The notes beneath the pieces were generated by a model that saw nothing but the letters and a program-made list of their open reading frames with translations, was not told the origin of the DNA and did no database searches. Shown in pieces: positions 1 to 15,080 of a stretch of DNA of 64,000 nucleotides. The stretch is taken from the NCBI RefSeq assembly GCF_009914755.1, contig NC_060940.1, one strand, 5' to 3'. The DNA comes from the human T2T-CHM13v2.0 reference genome, Homo sapiens. Numbering within the stretch: the first letter of the stretch is position 1; every line of letters begins with the position of its first letter. The position numbers and the translations under genes were made by a program.

Positions 1-387
1 CTTACCTCTTATCTCTGATCAATAACTGTTGGGCTTCCTGTGGGTTGACTGAAGACCCATAAGATTCATGAGACCCATACGATCATGTGGGTTGATGATC
101 TCCACCATTCTGAATCTCAAGAAACCAAAGATGATTCTTGAATGTGTGTTTTTGTTAAGATCCCTTTGGCTGAAGGAACAGAACTCAATCCTGTCTAGCT
201 TCAAAAAAAACGAGAGGGGCAGCATTTATATGTTTACTGTGTTTTGAGGTGTAGTGCATGAACAATTGAATGCACAGAAACTCTTGGACTCAAAAGAGAA
301 AGAAAAAAGTCAAGCCAAGGAAAGCACAAGAGGTAAGACAGGCCTAGTGATCTCAGCAGGCAGAATTTATGGACATATTTTGCAGGC

Positions 388-930
388 AAGTGGTTCTCAA
401 TCAGGGGTGATTTTTGGCTTGTAAGGACATTTAGCAATATCTGGACACATTTTTTGGTTGTCGTAAGTGGATGGGGGTTGCTGCTATCATCCTACAATGC
501 ATAGGTGCATTAGTCTGTTTTCATGCTGCTGATAAAGACATACCGGAGACTGGGCAATTTGCAAATGAGAGAGGCTTATTGGGCTTACAGTTCCAGGTGG
601 CTGGGGAGCCCTCACAATCATGTTGGAAGGTAAAAGACATGTTTCACATGGATGACAGCAGGCAAAGAGAGCTCGTGCAGGGAAACTCTTGTTTTTAAAA
701 TCATCAGGTTTCATGAGACTTGTTCATTATCAGGAGAACAGCACAGGAAAGACCCGCCCCCCAAATTCAGTCATTTCCCACCAGGTTCCTGTCATGACAC
801 GTGGGAATCGTGGGAGATACAATTCAAGATGAGACTTGGGTGAGGACACAGCCAAACGATATCAAGTGGACACCTGGAATTATCGAGCATTATCCAGAAT
901 TATCAGTCACGCCGAGATTGAAAAACCCCA
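388..930 (+). mobile_element. MER20 (hAT-Charlie DNA transposon), split by a THE1 LTR
   Basis: 5' part AAGTGGTTCTCAATCAGGGGTGATTTT...GGACATTTAGCAATATCTGGACACATTTTTTGGTTGTC...CATCCTACAATGCATAGG (388-505). The 3' part resumes after the LTR and ends GCCGAGATTGAAAAACCCC. Confidence 0.85.
506..864 (-). mobile_element. THE1-family MaLR solo LTR
   Basis: TGCATTAGTCTGTTTTCATGCTGCTGATAAAGACATACC...GAGACTTGGGTGAGGACACAGCCAAACGATATCA is the reverse complement of the THE1 LTR, with TG...CA ends. Confidence 0.92.
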
Positions 931-1961
931 CTCTAGGCTGTCACACTACTGTGACTCAGCTACAGAGACTATCAGTCTCTGCAAGTCTTCATTCAACTTT
1001 TGCTTTCTCAGCTAGGATCTGATGGACCCAACCTATCGTATGTCTCAATCTTTATATCAGTGAACTATGCCCGAGACCCCCATGTATTTGCAGCCCGTTC
1101 AAAGTATTGCTGAGTAGTCCTGGGAAAGCAGGAGTAGGATGTAGCTGGTTGTGAGCTGTTAGCCATTCCGAGACAGGCGTCTTGCAGGGTGTATTGATAG
1201 CCTTCAGTGCACCCTATCCTGTGGCTGACACTCATTCATGCTAGTGCCTTCCATGCAGAGCTGTCTGTTTGTAGAAAGCAAGGCCCACCTTGGTGCCAGT
1301 CTTAACGAGCAGTCAATTGATTTGGTTTTCGATTTAAGCTCGTTGCCTCCTTTGACTTCTGTTTAACAGAAAATTCACTTTGCAAAACTGTTTTAAAACA
1401 TTGTTGCTTACTTTTCTTACCATAAAATTAATGTGGGCTAAACCTAAGTTTTCAGAAACAAAAAGCACAAACAAACATACAGAGATATATGCATATACCA
1501 CATAGATACATAAACCACAATCCGCTACCCAAAAATGCCTACTACAAACCACTCTTTATGTATCCTGGATTTCTTTGTGGTACATATATTTTCTTCCCTA
1601 AATAATTCTTATCTACTCTCATCGTATTCACAAAGATTTGTAAAACTTGCAAGCAGCTGGGTTTTTAATAGGAACACCTTTTGAAATAAAATTAATGAAT
1701 TTTTTTTTTTTACCTCATGAATATTTTCTGTTAGGTTTTTAAGACTAAGGTGATGTCTTAAACAAACACATATTCCGTGTCCTTTCCACATGCCCCTTTG
1801 CTCTTATCCCTCTCCTTCAGCCCATGGCAAGGTCGTATATGATATCCTAAGTAAATAGATCACCAAAGAAATGACATTACTTTAGTCAGTTGGGAAAAGA
1901 AGATAGGGACAAAGAAGAGAAAGTAGCAAAACAATCCTATAGATTACAGAATTACACAAAA

Positions 1962-2256
1962 GGCCGGTTGCCGTGGCTCACGCCTAGAATCCCAGCACTT
2001 TGGGAGGCTGAGGATGGCAGATCACCTGAGGTCAGGAGTTCAAGACCACCCTGGCCAACATGATGAAACTTCATCTCTACTAAAAATGCCAAAATTAGCC
2101 AGGGGTGGTGGCACGTGCTTGTAATCCCAGCCCCTTGGGAGGCTCAGGCAGGAGAATCCCTTGAACCCAGGAGGCGGAGGTTTCAGTGAGCCAAGATTAC
2201 GCCACTGCACTCCAGCCTGGGTGACACAGCGAGACTCCACCTCAAAGAAAAAAAGA
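1962..2256 (+). mobile_element. AluS (Sx/Sz-like), full length
   Basis: GGCCGGTTGCCGTGGCTCACGCC start, dimeric structure, A-rich tail. Confidence 0.97.
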
Positions 2257-2994
2257 ATGAAGAGAGAGGCAGAGATTGATCGGCTCCAGTCAACCGGGTG
2301 AGTAGGAGGCTTCTGCTTTCAGATTTTCTTGTAAATTTCTTGAAATGGGGACATTGAAAAATGTGCTAGTTTTGGAGAAAATAAAAATTTCATGACCACG
2401 ATGGAGGTGTGGTTGCTCCTATGGTTCTCAGAACACAAAACCATCTCCTAGAGACCCACTGAAGTTCATGCTCATTTTAGGACTAAAACTTGGGTTAAAA
2501 ATCAGGCGGCTCAAGAGATCAAGATATCTTCCTGGCAGCCTTCTATCACAAGTGGAGACTGGGAGACCAACCAGACTTGCCTTGTCAGCTCTCATCACTC
2601 CTTCTCTCAAACCAAACGCATGTCTAAGGCGCAAGATCGGTTTTCAATTTAAGTGACTTCGCTTTCTCTCTTAAAAACTAAATCCTCCTCCTAATTCCCC
2701 TAAGTCCTCAAAGTATAACATTTTTCCTTTGTAGATTGGAGAAAGAAGTCATGGATCGGGCTTGCCAATGGCATTAGGATGAGGTCTGCCAGCCAGTCCT
2801 TGTCAGAATGTGCACAGAAAATTTAAAAGACTTTTTTTTTTTCCAATCAGTAGCTTACCAGTTAATACTCCTCCCTTTCCGTTTTGATAGCTGACCCTCA
2901 GAATCAAAATGAGGATGGCGACATACCACATCCGCTTGAGAGGCTGAGGAGGGTTGGGTTCAGAAAGACGGATGGCTGTGGCTTGCTTTCCATA

Positions 2995-3900
<906 letters not shown>

Positions 3901-4479
3901 ATGCAAAACAGACAGGACAGCTAGTATGCATGGTACTGGTGAAGACGACCAGTACCATGTTATCCACGATTGGCTAGTGAATATCCATATTTCATGCTGC
4001 CATTTCTTTGATCTTCATTGACCGGAGAATTCTGCCCTAAAAAGAGGGCCCGTTTCAGGGATGTGGGGTAACAGAAAAATCACAGTGTTAATGGAATGAG
4101 AGGTAGAGGACCAGGGAGTATAGAAATGTATCTGTGTCTGTGCCTGAAGGTCTGGTATTTTGTGTGGCTTCAGGGGACTGTAGTATGTGTGTTTAATTGT
4201 TAATGACCCAAGAATGCATCCAAAGGGGTTACATGCAAACCTGCCTGAGCATGGAAGATCAGTCTTGAGTGCTTTATTAAGTCTGGCTCTATCAAAGCTG
4301 TAAGCAACATATGGTGTGCCATGTGCCCATGGACTAGGTTTTCCATCACAGGACAGTTCTGTCTTCGGGATGGCTGGTTTTCCTTTTATTTTAGCAGAAG
4401 TAGAGAAGGCCCCTTGGGACTGGATCTCTCACTTTTGCAAGTTATGACCACAGGGGACAACTTGGGAGTTTGGATTCAG

Positions 4480-4620
4480 ATGGACCGAGGTTCCAGAGCC
4501 AGCCTCACTCACTGTTAGCTGTGATCTTGAACAGGTTCTTTTACCTCTCTGAGCCTCAGTTCATTCGTACCTAAAATAGAGGGAAACTTTTCTATGTCAA
4601 AGGGTAGTAGAAAGGTTATT
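4480..4620 (+). mobile_element. MIR fragment
   Basis: TAGCTGTGATCTTGAACAGGTTCTTTTACCTCTCTGAGCCTCAGTT is the MIR core. Confidence 0.7.
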
Positions 4621-4634
4621 ACGCATTGACTGGT

Positions 4635-4865
4635 TAGTTCATTCCTTTGATAATTCTTTAGACATGTATTAATCACCACTACGTGCAAGGCACGATGGCA
4701 AACATTAGGAACGCAATGAAGTCAGCTTTGATTCTTTTTTTAGTGGAATTTATGTTCTTGTAGGGGAAGGAGACAAAACAAAGAATAACTACCATAATGT
4801 ATATATAAACTGATTAATTTTAGATTGAAGTGAGTGCTATGAAGAAAATAATGTAAGAGGGAAGA
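4635..4865 (-). mobile_element. L2 3' fragment
   Basis: TTCATTCCTTTGATAA...CACCACTACGTGCAAGGCAC...GAGTGCTATGAAGAAAATAA. Confidence 0.6.
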
Positions 4866-5962
4866 AACAGTTAATGATGGTGCGGTGGATCATGATACTC
4901 TGCTCTTGAGCTCACATCCTTTATTGTCTTGAAATTTTTCACCCATTAGCTCACTTGTTCTCTTTTTTTCGCTTCCTGGGTTTGCCTTAGAGACACCTGG
5001 TACTTTACTCTCCCATGCCCTAAATACCCATGTCCACAGGGAGCAGCTGACTTACTGTGGTACAAGGAATGTGCTTTTCCAGATTTTAGGAGCCACCTGT
5101 TTCTGGGAGTGCCATGGAAACACACATTCTGCCTCTCAATCTTCAGGCCCAGGCAGGAAATTTTCAGCTGTCAGCAGCTGTCTTTCTGATCTGCTGCCAA
5201 GGAGTTTCCAACCCCAACCCCAGGAAAAGCCCACAGTGACCCTCACCAGGGACTTTGATGCCATTTTTTGGAGCTGAAAAGGAAGGAGGGGCTCCTGCAG
5301 AGTGATTCGTGGGCTCAGTTCTTGACTTGGGGTGGCTGAGAGTTTCCCCTTAAATAATATGTCACGCTGTAGGCATATGGTCTTGCAATTGCGGGGTGTA
5401 TCATTTCCACTTGATTGTCAAAGCACCCCACGGCAGAAACATACTAAAGGATCTCTGCTCCAGATACAGCCATGGCTTTGCAGCATGGCAGATTTGCAGC
5501 TTTGAGGTGGAAAACATTTTTCAGCCTTTCCCAAGAGGTGAACTGGATACAGCTGTGCAGTGTAACCTAAATCTTTGCACGTGTCTTTAAACAGGGCAGA
5601 AACAACTGGCCCTGTCCTTCCACTCTGGGCCTGATGATGACCAAGTCGGAGAGAACTGAAGCTATATATCCTGTTCTCAGAAGTTGAATTTCCCCATCTT
5701 GGACAGAGTAGTGTGCTGTTGTGGGAATGCGTAGCTATTGCCTTACTCAGGTGAATGTCATCTGAAGACGTGGGGTGGGTAAGAATCTGTCACCACTAAA
5801 CGCTTACTCCGGGCTGCCCATCACTGCTGTTTGGTCAGTCCTTTTGTTCTAGGGCCCTTTGCAGCCATTCTCCAGGAAGAGTCATCCTGGCCTTGCCTTC
5901 AGAAACAAGCTCGCTATATTTCCCATGTAGTTCTAGAAAGAATCCTGGTGCAGGGATTCTGA

Positions 5963-6394
<432 letters not shown>

Positions 6395-6571
6395 TGACCA
6401 GTTGTCTAAAGTTTTTAGCACCACTACTACTGTATAGCTAATATTTTCTTTGAATGGATTCAATTTTTGTAGCCTAAATTGATTCACAAAAACCATACTT
6501 TTCGTCTCTAATTTAACTGGACATTCACCATCACTAGCCATAAATAAATGGTACCTATTACAAATGCATTG

Positions 6572-7632
<1,061 letters not shown>

Positions 7633-7984
7633 TGTTGAAAACAAAGCAATGTCATCAAATTCTTTCTATTACCTGTGTTTGTTGAAGGTGTTTGCTGTAT
7701 TCAAGGCCTGTTTTCCCTCAGGAAATAAAACAGAGGTTGGAAAGTATTAAAGAGGTGTTGTTAAACACGGCCTAGCACCAGCTGAGACTGTCCTTCAAGC
7801 AGCCAGAAAAACTGAATGAGCTTGGAAAAAAAACTACTTCCTAAAACCTTCTAAACTCAGCTTTTCAAAGGCCACCAATGTGAAATGCTTAGGATTTCAT
7901 TCAATTTAAGCACTATTACCGTGCCCAATTTTTGTTAGCTGTGTTTATGAGGAAAGAATTAGGATATTTTAGCTGGGGAAGATA

Positions 7985-8190
7985 GCACTCTCTGGAAACA
8001 TACTGTGCGATATGACGGCCACTAGTCACGTGTCTCTATTTAAATTTAATTAAAATTCAGTAGCCCTCAAAACTGTGCCATTGACATTTTCAGTGCCTAG
8101 GAGCTACATGTGGTTTGTGTTGGTTGTACTAGACAGTATGATATAGGACATTCATTTTATTGCTAAAAGTTCTGCTGGACAGCTCTATGC
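7985..8190. mobile_element. MER33/MER3-like hAT DNA transposon
   Basis: GGCCACTAGTCACGTGTCTCTATTTAAATTTAATTAAAATTCAGT...AGCTACATGTGG...AAAGTTCTGCTGGACAGC. Confidence 0.7.
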
Positions 8191-8279
8191 TAAAAGATTA
8201 AATTAATTGTATTGCTATCTTGTGGTCTCTTTGCTCTGCTTTCCCTCATTTAAGCAAATTCGAATGCTGAAACATGACA

Positions 8280-8530
8280 AATAATGATTATAATAATAAA
8301 AATTAATAGTTAACGTTTGTACTTGCCCTGTACCAGACAGTGTGCTAAGCATTTAACGCATGAGGTCTTAGTTAATCCTCCCAAAACTCTAACAGGTAGC
8401 TACCGCTATCACCCAAGCTTTGAATGTGAGAAAACTGAGCATCAGAGATGTCAATTGCTGAAGTCCCAGGGCATTGGGAGGCCTGGATTTGAATCCCCAT
8501 CAGTTGGCTTTGTGCTCCTCGTCCTTCTAA
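8280..8530 (-). mobile_element. MIR
   Basis: CCAGACAGTGTGCTAAGCATTTAAC...TGAGAAAACTGAGCATCAGAGATG...GGATTTGAATCCC. Confidence 0.75.
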
Positions 8531-8699
8531 CCTCTACTTTTTCCACAAATCCCATCCCAGGCCTCAGCCAGCAACTCAGAGTCCCTCTGTCAAGGTCTCT
8601 GAGAAATTTTACTTGTCACGTTTTATCATGACCGTATTTTCTCAGGACAGTTTCAAGAAATAAGTCAGAAAGCAGAGTAAAGTTTGTGGCTCTGCCTAC

Positions 8700-9135
8700 T
8701 GCCCCCTTTCTCCTGTCCTACCTCCCACCCAGAGACAATACCTGCTAACGATTTGGAGTGTGAGTCCGAAACCCTCCCATACTTTTCCTATGTAATTACA
8801 TGCATAGGTATGTGTACAAGGACACCATGCACGTGTGTTAAGCAAGTGGGATCTCATCACCCACATGATTTTGCTCATTGCTTTTATTTATCTAACAGCA
8901 TGTTTTGGCCATCTCCCCATGTCAGTCTGTACAGGTCCACTCTATCATTCTATATTGTGACGGCACACAATTCTATAAACAGTAATACCATGATTTATTT
9001 GCCCTTCAGCAAATGGCTTTGCCAATTCTTACACACAAAAAAGGGTATGATGGACCAGTTTCTTGCATCTGTGCTCAAACTGGACATCATCAATCTTTTA
9101 AGTTTTTGCCAATCTGTTGGGTGATAATTTCTTTT
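8700..9135 (-). mobile_element. Ancient L1 (L1ME-like) fragment
   Basis: CCTCCCACCCAGAGACAATACCTGCTAACGATTTGG...CATCTCCCCATGTCAGT...TTTTTGCCAATCTGTTGGGTG. Confidence 0.55.
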
Positions 9136-9429
9136 CCTTTCAACCTTCAGGGTCATTTGCAGCTCCCTCCACCTGCTCTGCCCAGGCTTCTAGCTGCTGA
9201 CAGCCAAAGGCAATCTGCCGGAGGCAAAATGAGGTCAAGGCCAAAAACCATATTTTCTTTCAGTGAGAGAGGGCATTTACTTGGGTAAATACGGCCCATG
9301 CACTGTGCTTTATTGGTTTGAAAAATGAAGAAGCAAGCTCCAACGAGTTCTCTCTAATGGGGCTGCATGTCTCCAATACCTGGTGCTCCAATGCATTGAT
9401 TGACGCATTGTCATCACTTATAAGGTCAG

Positions 9430-9960
9430 TATGTTCATCCAATCCTTTATTCATCACGTAACTATCAGGCATTGATTCCATGCTAGGCAGAGTTCTAGGC
9501 ACTGAGAATACAGCACTGAATAGTGAGTCAAGACCCCTGTTTTACGGGACTTAGATTCTAATGGGCAGGATGGAGGCCCACACAGGCATCATCGTTATAG
9601 ATCTAAGCAACAAAAGACTGAAATGAGAGGTATGCCCCAAGACACAGAGGGCCCATCACAGAGAGGACAGTCAGGTAAGGCCTCTCTGAGCATGCACACT
9701 AAAGAAAAGAACTGAAAGCAAGAAGGAGCATCCCACTGAGAAGAAAGTGACTGGAGAGTGTTCAAAAGAAGCCAGGATGGCCAGGGCCTTGTGATGGAGG
9801 AGGAGCCTGGCAGGAAATGATGTCGGGTGGTAGGTGGGGGGCCGATTGAGGCAGGGCCCTGCACAGCATGATAATGAGTTTGGATTTTTATAGAGGTGCA
9901 GTAAGAAGCCACTGGAAAGTTTTAAGCAGGGCAGCAGCAGAATTTGGTTTATTCGGTAAG
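9430..9960 (-). mobile_element. L2 3' fragment
   Basis: TTCATCCAATCCTTTATTCATC...GTTCTAGGCACTGAGAATACAGCACTGAA...GAAGCCACTGGAAAGTTTTAAGCAGGG. Confidence 0.75.
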
Positions 9961-11693
9961 CTTTACGTTAAGGGCATTTGAAGTTCTGAAGTGCATGAAT
10001 ACTTTGCTTTTTAAATAAGACAAATACGTTAAAGAAGTGTTAACAGTTTTCTTAAAACAGGGACACTCTCACATGGCTTCTGCAGTGCCTTTTCCAGTGA
10101 TGGAAGGAAGGGTTTGGAGCCAGGTTTAGTGGACTTACTATTATGCGTAGTCTTTCGTCTTCAGTATCTGGGTCACAGCTTATAACCAAAGCATGGCAAG
10201 AACCTCCAGCAAGGTTGATGCAGGGGAAAGAAGATTGAGATCAAGTCTTGTTGCCTCTAGTTTCTGTTCTTTGTGTGAATGCTGAGGGCCCCTCTGTGCT
10301 TGGCCATTTCACACCAGCAGAAAGCTTTTGGGCTCAGGAATCCAGGGATCTATCTGCCTTGGAACATTCTGCATCAAGGTAAACCAGTTTGGTCCAGTAG
10401 TGTCATGACCAGAGATGGGAGAAGAAATTGTGTGCTCGAGGTGCTGGGGCTAGCATGTAGGAACACAAGGATTTTGAATTCTGCAAGCATACACGCAGTT
10501 TTGAAATCATCCTGATAAGAGTCGGCAGGAGAAATGGAAAAAAAAAAAAAAATCTCTTGGATGGAGGATATCAGTCCTGTGGGTAAGAAGGTTCTTGGTT
10601 ATCATCATTATACTCCCATTTTTCACTACAAAAACATTTTTAGAGAAACTGATGATGAAAACAAAAGATTCCAATGAATCAGAAGCATTGATTAAGCTTA
10701 ACAGAGAGCAGAGTGGTGGTGAGGTGCATGAATTGCAGTGGAACCATCCAGGTTTTTTCCACTTTCTTTGGCCTCACCTTTTTGCCCTACAACTGTCCTG
10801 CTTACTGCTGTTTGAAGAAATGAAATCCAACCACCTCCACCTCTTTTCATACTTACCCATCTTGTTTTGCTGCATACATTTTGAGCCCTATATGTGCATT
10901 TCACCCATCTTCCTGGACTCTGAACTGAGCCTTGTTTCTGAGCCATTTTCAGTCTCTTGCGCAGGACTTTTATTCAGTCTCGGTTGCAATGTCAGTTTTC
11001 TTGCCCTGCCCATGCTCAGAGGAGACCAGGCTAGTGGAGGTGCTTCCTGTGACCAAGTGGTGCTTTAACTCTTTATTTTAAATAATTTTGGAGCATTCAG
11101 CATTGCTCCTTCTCCCCTTCCTTACTTTGTTACTCTCCTCTAAGGCTTCTTTTCCATTCATGGAAGATATTTCTTCAGTCTAGTTTTGGTTCCTCTTTAA
11201 TTTTTTTCCTCTCTGAGGGAAGGAGTTGCTGTTTTTTACTTTTTACTGTCTCTGTCTTAATAGGGAGGGTTACTTTCATCTGCCTGAGAATCACGTTATC
11301 TTCCATGTGGGCTAATGACTAGTGCAGCCTGAGACCTGAGCTCGAACCAGCCTTGTAGAAGCAGAACAGTGAATAGGCTGATCTTCGATAGGTAATTTAC
11401 AAGACTTCCACTTCTTACTGATTAACTTTCATAACTCACTCCAGAAAATAAATTGTGTATCTGTTATCATCCTATTGGATATGCAGAAGCTGTCCTGAGA
11501 GGGTTGATAAACCTTTGAAAGAATACATAACCAAGTCAGCCTCTGCTGCAAATAAACCGTGACAGAGAAAGAGGGTGGCCGTGCCACCGAAAGGGACAGG
11601 TGACAGTGGCATCAGAGCAAATAATTTGCAAATTGTTTAATAAATAATGATAAATCTCTAAGCAGCTCCTGCATTTTATTCAAGGAAAATTAA

Positions 11694-12044
<351 letters not shown>

Positions 12045-12409
12045 TAAAGTAGTCACAGGTGGTAGGTGGTACAGCAATGTTTGTATGACAAAGCCCAGAA
12101 AGTAGCAGAGAGAAGGAAGGTTATATGTGCTCACGATGACTTATCTACATAATACGAGAGAAGTAACTTTCTAAGGACAAGACATGAGACAGTAAGACCA
12201 TTCTGCCCTTGACTCTCTAAGACTTGGAATTTCGGATCCATAAAGTAAAACATTTCTCCTTTTAATAGACAATTAGATTAATGATGTTTTTGGAATGAAA
12301 AAATCTAAGATTAGTTGAGTTCTTTGCTGCCTTCACCTTCCTTCAACCTTGACTCACTTGGTAATTGTCAGCTACAGCATAGCCATCTAAGGAGGTACAG
12401 AAAACTGTG

Positions 12410-12660
12410 GGTGAGTTAAACATGTTGGCTTTGGGTCCAATTCCTAGCCATCCGTGCAAATGCTGTGTGACCTTTGGCATGTCTCAGAACCTCTCTTATC
12501 TGAGCCTTGGTTTCTAATCCTTACCTCTCAGAGGGACGATTATGAGAAGGAAATGAACTATCATAGGATATGTAAAATAGTATATAGCTGTATGTAGCAT
12601 GTAGCTACATAGCATATGTAAAATGTTTATCACATAGTAAGCACCTGTTATATGCCATCT
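12410..12660 (+). mobile_element. MIR
   Basis: TGCTGTGTGACCTTTGGCATGTCTCAGAACCTCTC...CACATAGTAAGCACCT. Confidence 0.65.
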
Positions 12661-13004
12661 AATTGTGTGTATATCTGTGTATATGTGTGCCTCTGTGTGT
12701 TTGTGTGCACATGTGAATGTGTGATACTAGGGAAAATAATTTACCTTCATTAAATAACTAAATGCTTTTTACTACTCCCTGTGGAGCTTGATATATAAGG
12801 TTGCTCAGGAAGGGAGCAGTAATTTGGTGGGAAATAGTCACTTGTGTGTGAATCATCTGAAGTACCCATCCTTGTGTCCGGATTTGGGGCTCTTGAGTTA
12901 AACCACTGTTTGCTTCCCCTGTCCACAATGGCTTGCTGTCTACAGCACGTCTCTCCATCAGCAATGTCAAGGATGTTTTGTTGAATCTCAAATTTAACCA
13001 CTCT

Positions 13005-13331
<327 letters not shown>

Positions 13332-15080
13332 TCACTTTTTTTAATTACACTATATAGTCTTTCTATAGTTGAAACAACTTAAATATTCCCTCCCCCTATG
13401 ATGAAAATGGGATTCAACCAAAAGACAGATGGATGGAACTTTATCTCATGTATATACTATTTAATACGCTACATGCATTCTGCATGTCACATGCTATATA
13501 TAGCATGGTATTATGTTGTAATTACATTTAATAAACCTAGAAATGCCCCATTTTTTCCCAATAGCCTAGAATTCTTAGAATAGACTCAAAATGTGTCACA
13601 TGTTAGCCAAACTGTGGTCAACTGAAAACAGTGACTCTGAGAAGATCAGAAATGGTGGCTCTGCTGCTTCATATGTGGCTGAAATAAATGAAGTGGTCTA
13701 CAGTGTGCCTGTATGTATGATGTGGGTGTGCACGTGTGTGAATATTAGCGAGAATGGGAGAAGCCTTTACTAATTCTTGAAAAACTCACATAACCCATCC
13801 TAGCTACAACCTTCCTGGTATCAGAAAACCCAGGAAGGTAACGGGTGGCCTGAGGACCAAGCCTGTGCCTAGGGAAGTGAGGTGTTTGAAAGGACGTTTC
13901 CTGTAGGCCACAACAAAGGCAAAGGAATTATCCCTCCCTATGATACAAAGTTCCTCTCCCTTGCTTGGAATGCCTGTGTCCCTGGGATCTGTTGTAAATC
14001 TTCTCTGGATAATGCTGTCAACACACAGCCAATGTCCCACACACTGGGATCTCTTTTTTCCTATCTGTGTTGGCCAAGTCTTCTTTTCACTTTGCCTTTC
14101 TTCACACAGTGCCATTAATTAGGCTTGTACATTCCAGCCCTGCCTCCCAGAGATTTCCCAGGTCACCTTGACATCTTCGAGTATCTATTTAGAGTCCCTG
14201 AATGTATCCTTATCCTTGGAGAGTCTCATCCACTGCGTATGAGTTTTTCTTCTTTCATTCCAAAGGCAACCTGAGTCCTCAGCCTCTGTGTGCCATGATG
14301 AGAAAGAATGAATGGGAATCAACCCAACCAGGAAGCTGGCTTTGTGGCGTGGTAGATGTTTGTAAACTCTGCCTGCTGGGGGTTTCTTGGCCATTGTTGA
14401 AGACCACAAGCCCAGGGACAGAAAGTGGACACCTTCCTCCACCTGCCAGCCCTCTTTCCAAGCTTCTGCTCCTAACCTGGGTATGAACCTGCTCAGTGAA
14501 GCCAGTTTCGTTTTATGCAGGTTCTGGGCTCTGAAGGCCTGTTTGTGTCATTGCACACTTTGTAGCCATTCCGTCTCGCTGGGCCTGCCTGTAATAGCAG
14601 TGCAGCTTCTAGGTGGCACTTAGAGGATGCCTAAATTGACTTAGAAAGCTTTGCATTAAGCAGATGTTTGCTCTTGGGGAAGATTAAAACCATTTTGCAT
14701 CAAAGAACGAGGCTGCGGCACTTCCCTAAAGCTTGAAAGAACGGTTTCCTTTTACTTGGCTGAGGGTTACCTGGTCCCCTGCTTGACACCCTCCTAGTCC
14801 GTGAAATGGAGTAAATCCAGGTTAGACCAGGTGAGTCCGAAGGTGGCAGGTGGCTAAGGAGGATATTTCCTTTGTAGCTGTTCCCGGCCTTGTTTCTACT
14901 TATAGGGATAACTAAAGCAACCAAACACACACCAAACAGGTGGGAGACAGCAGGGAAGGATGCTTGGATATGGCTGAGCCACGTTCCTGCCTGGTAGTAT
15001 GAGAATTCGAAGATGCTTGAGGCATGCTGGTGAAAGTAGGCAAAAGCAGAGAGACTCGAGGCTGCATCAAGGGGCAAACC

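Noticed and set aside
39-98. Short direct repeats AGACCCATA(A/C)GAT(T)CATG and TGTGGGTTGA
   Set aside because: Only two copies each, consistent with a local slippage duplication.
10595-11068. 157-aa ORF, and the 159-aa ORF at 59010-59489
   Set aside because: Non-ATG starts, no recognisable domain, composition typical of non-coding DNA. The second overlaps a MER20.
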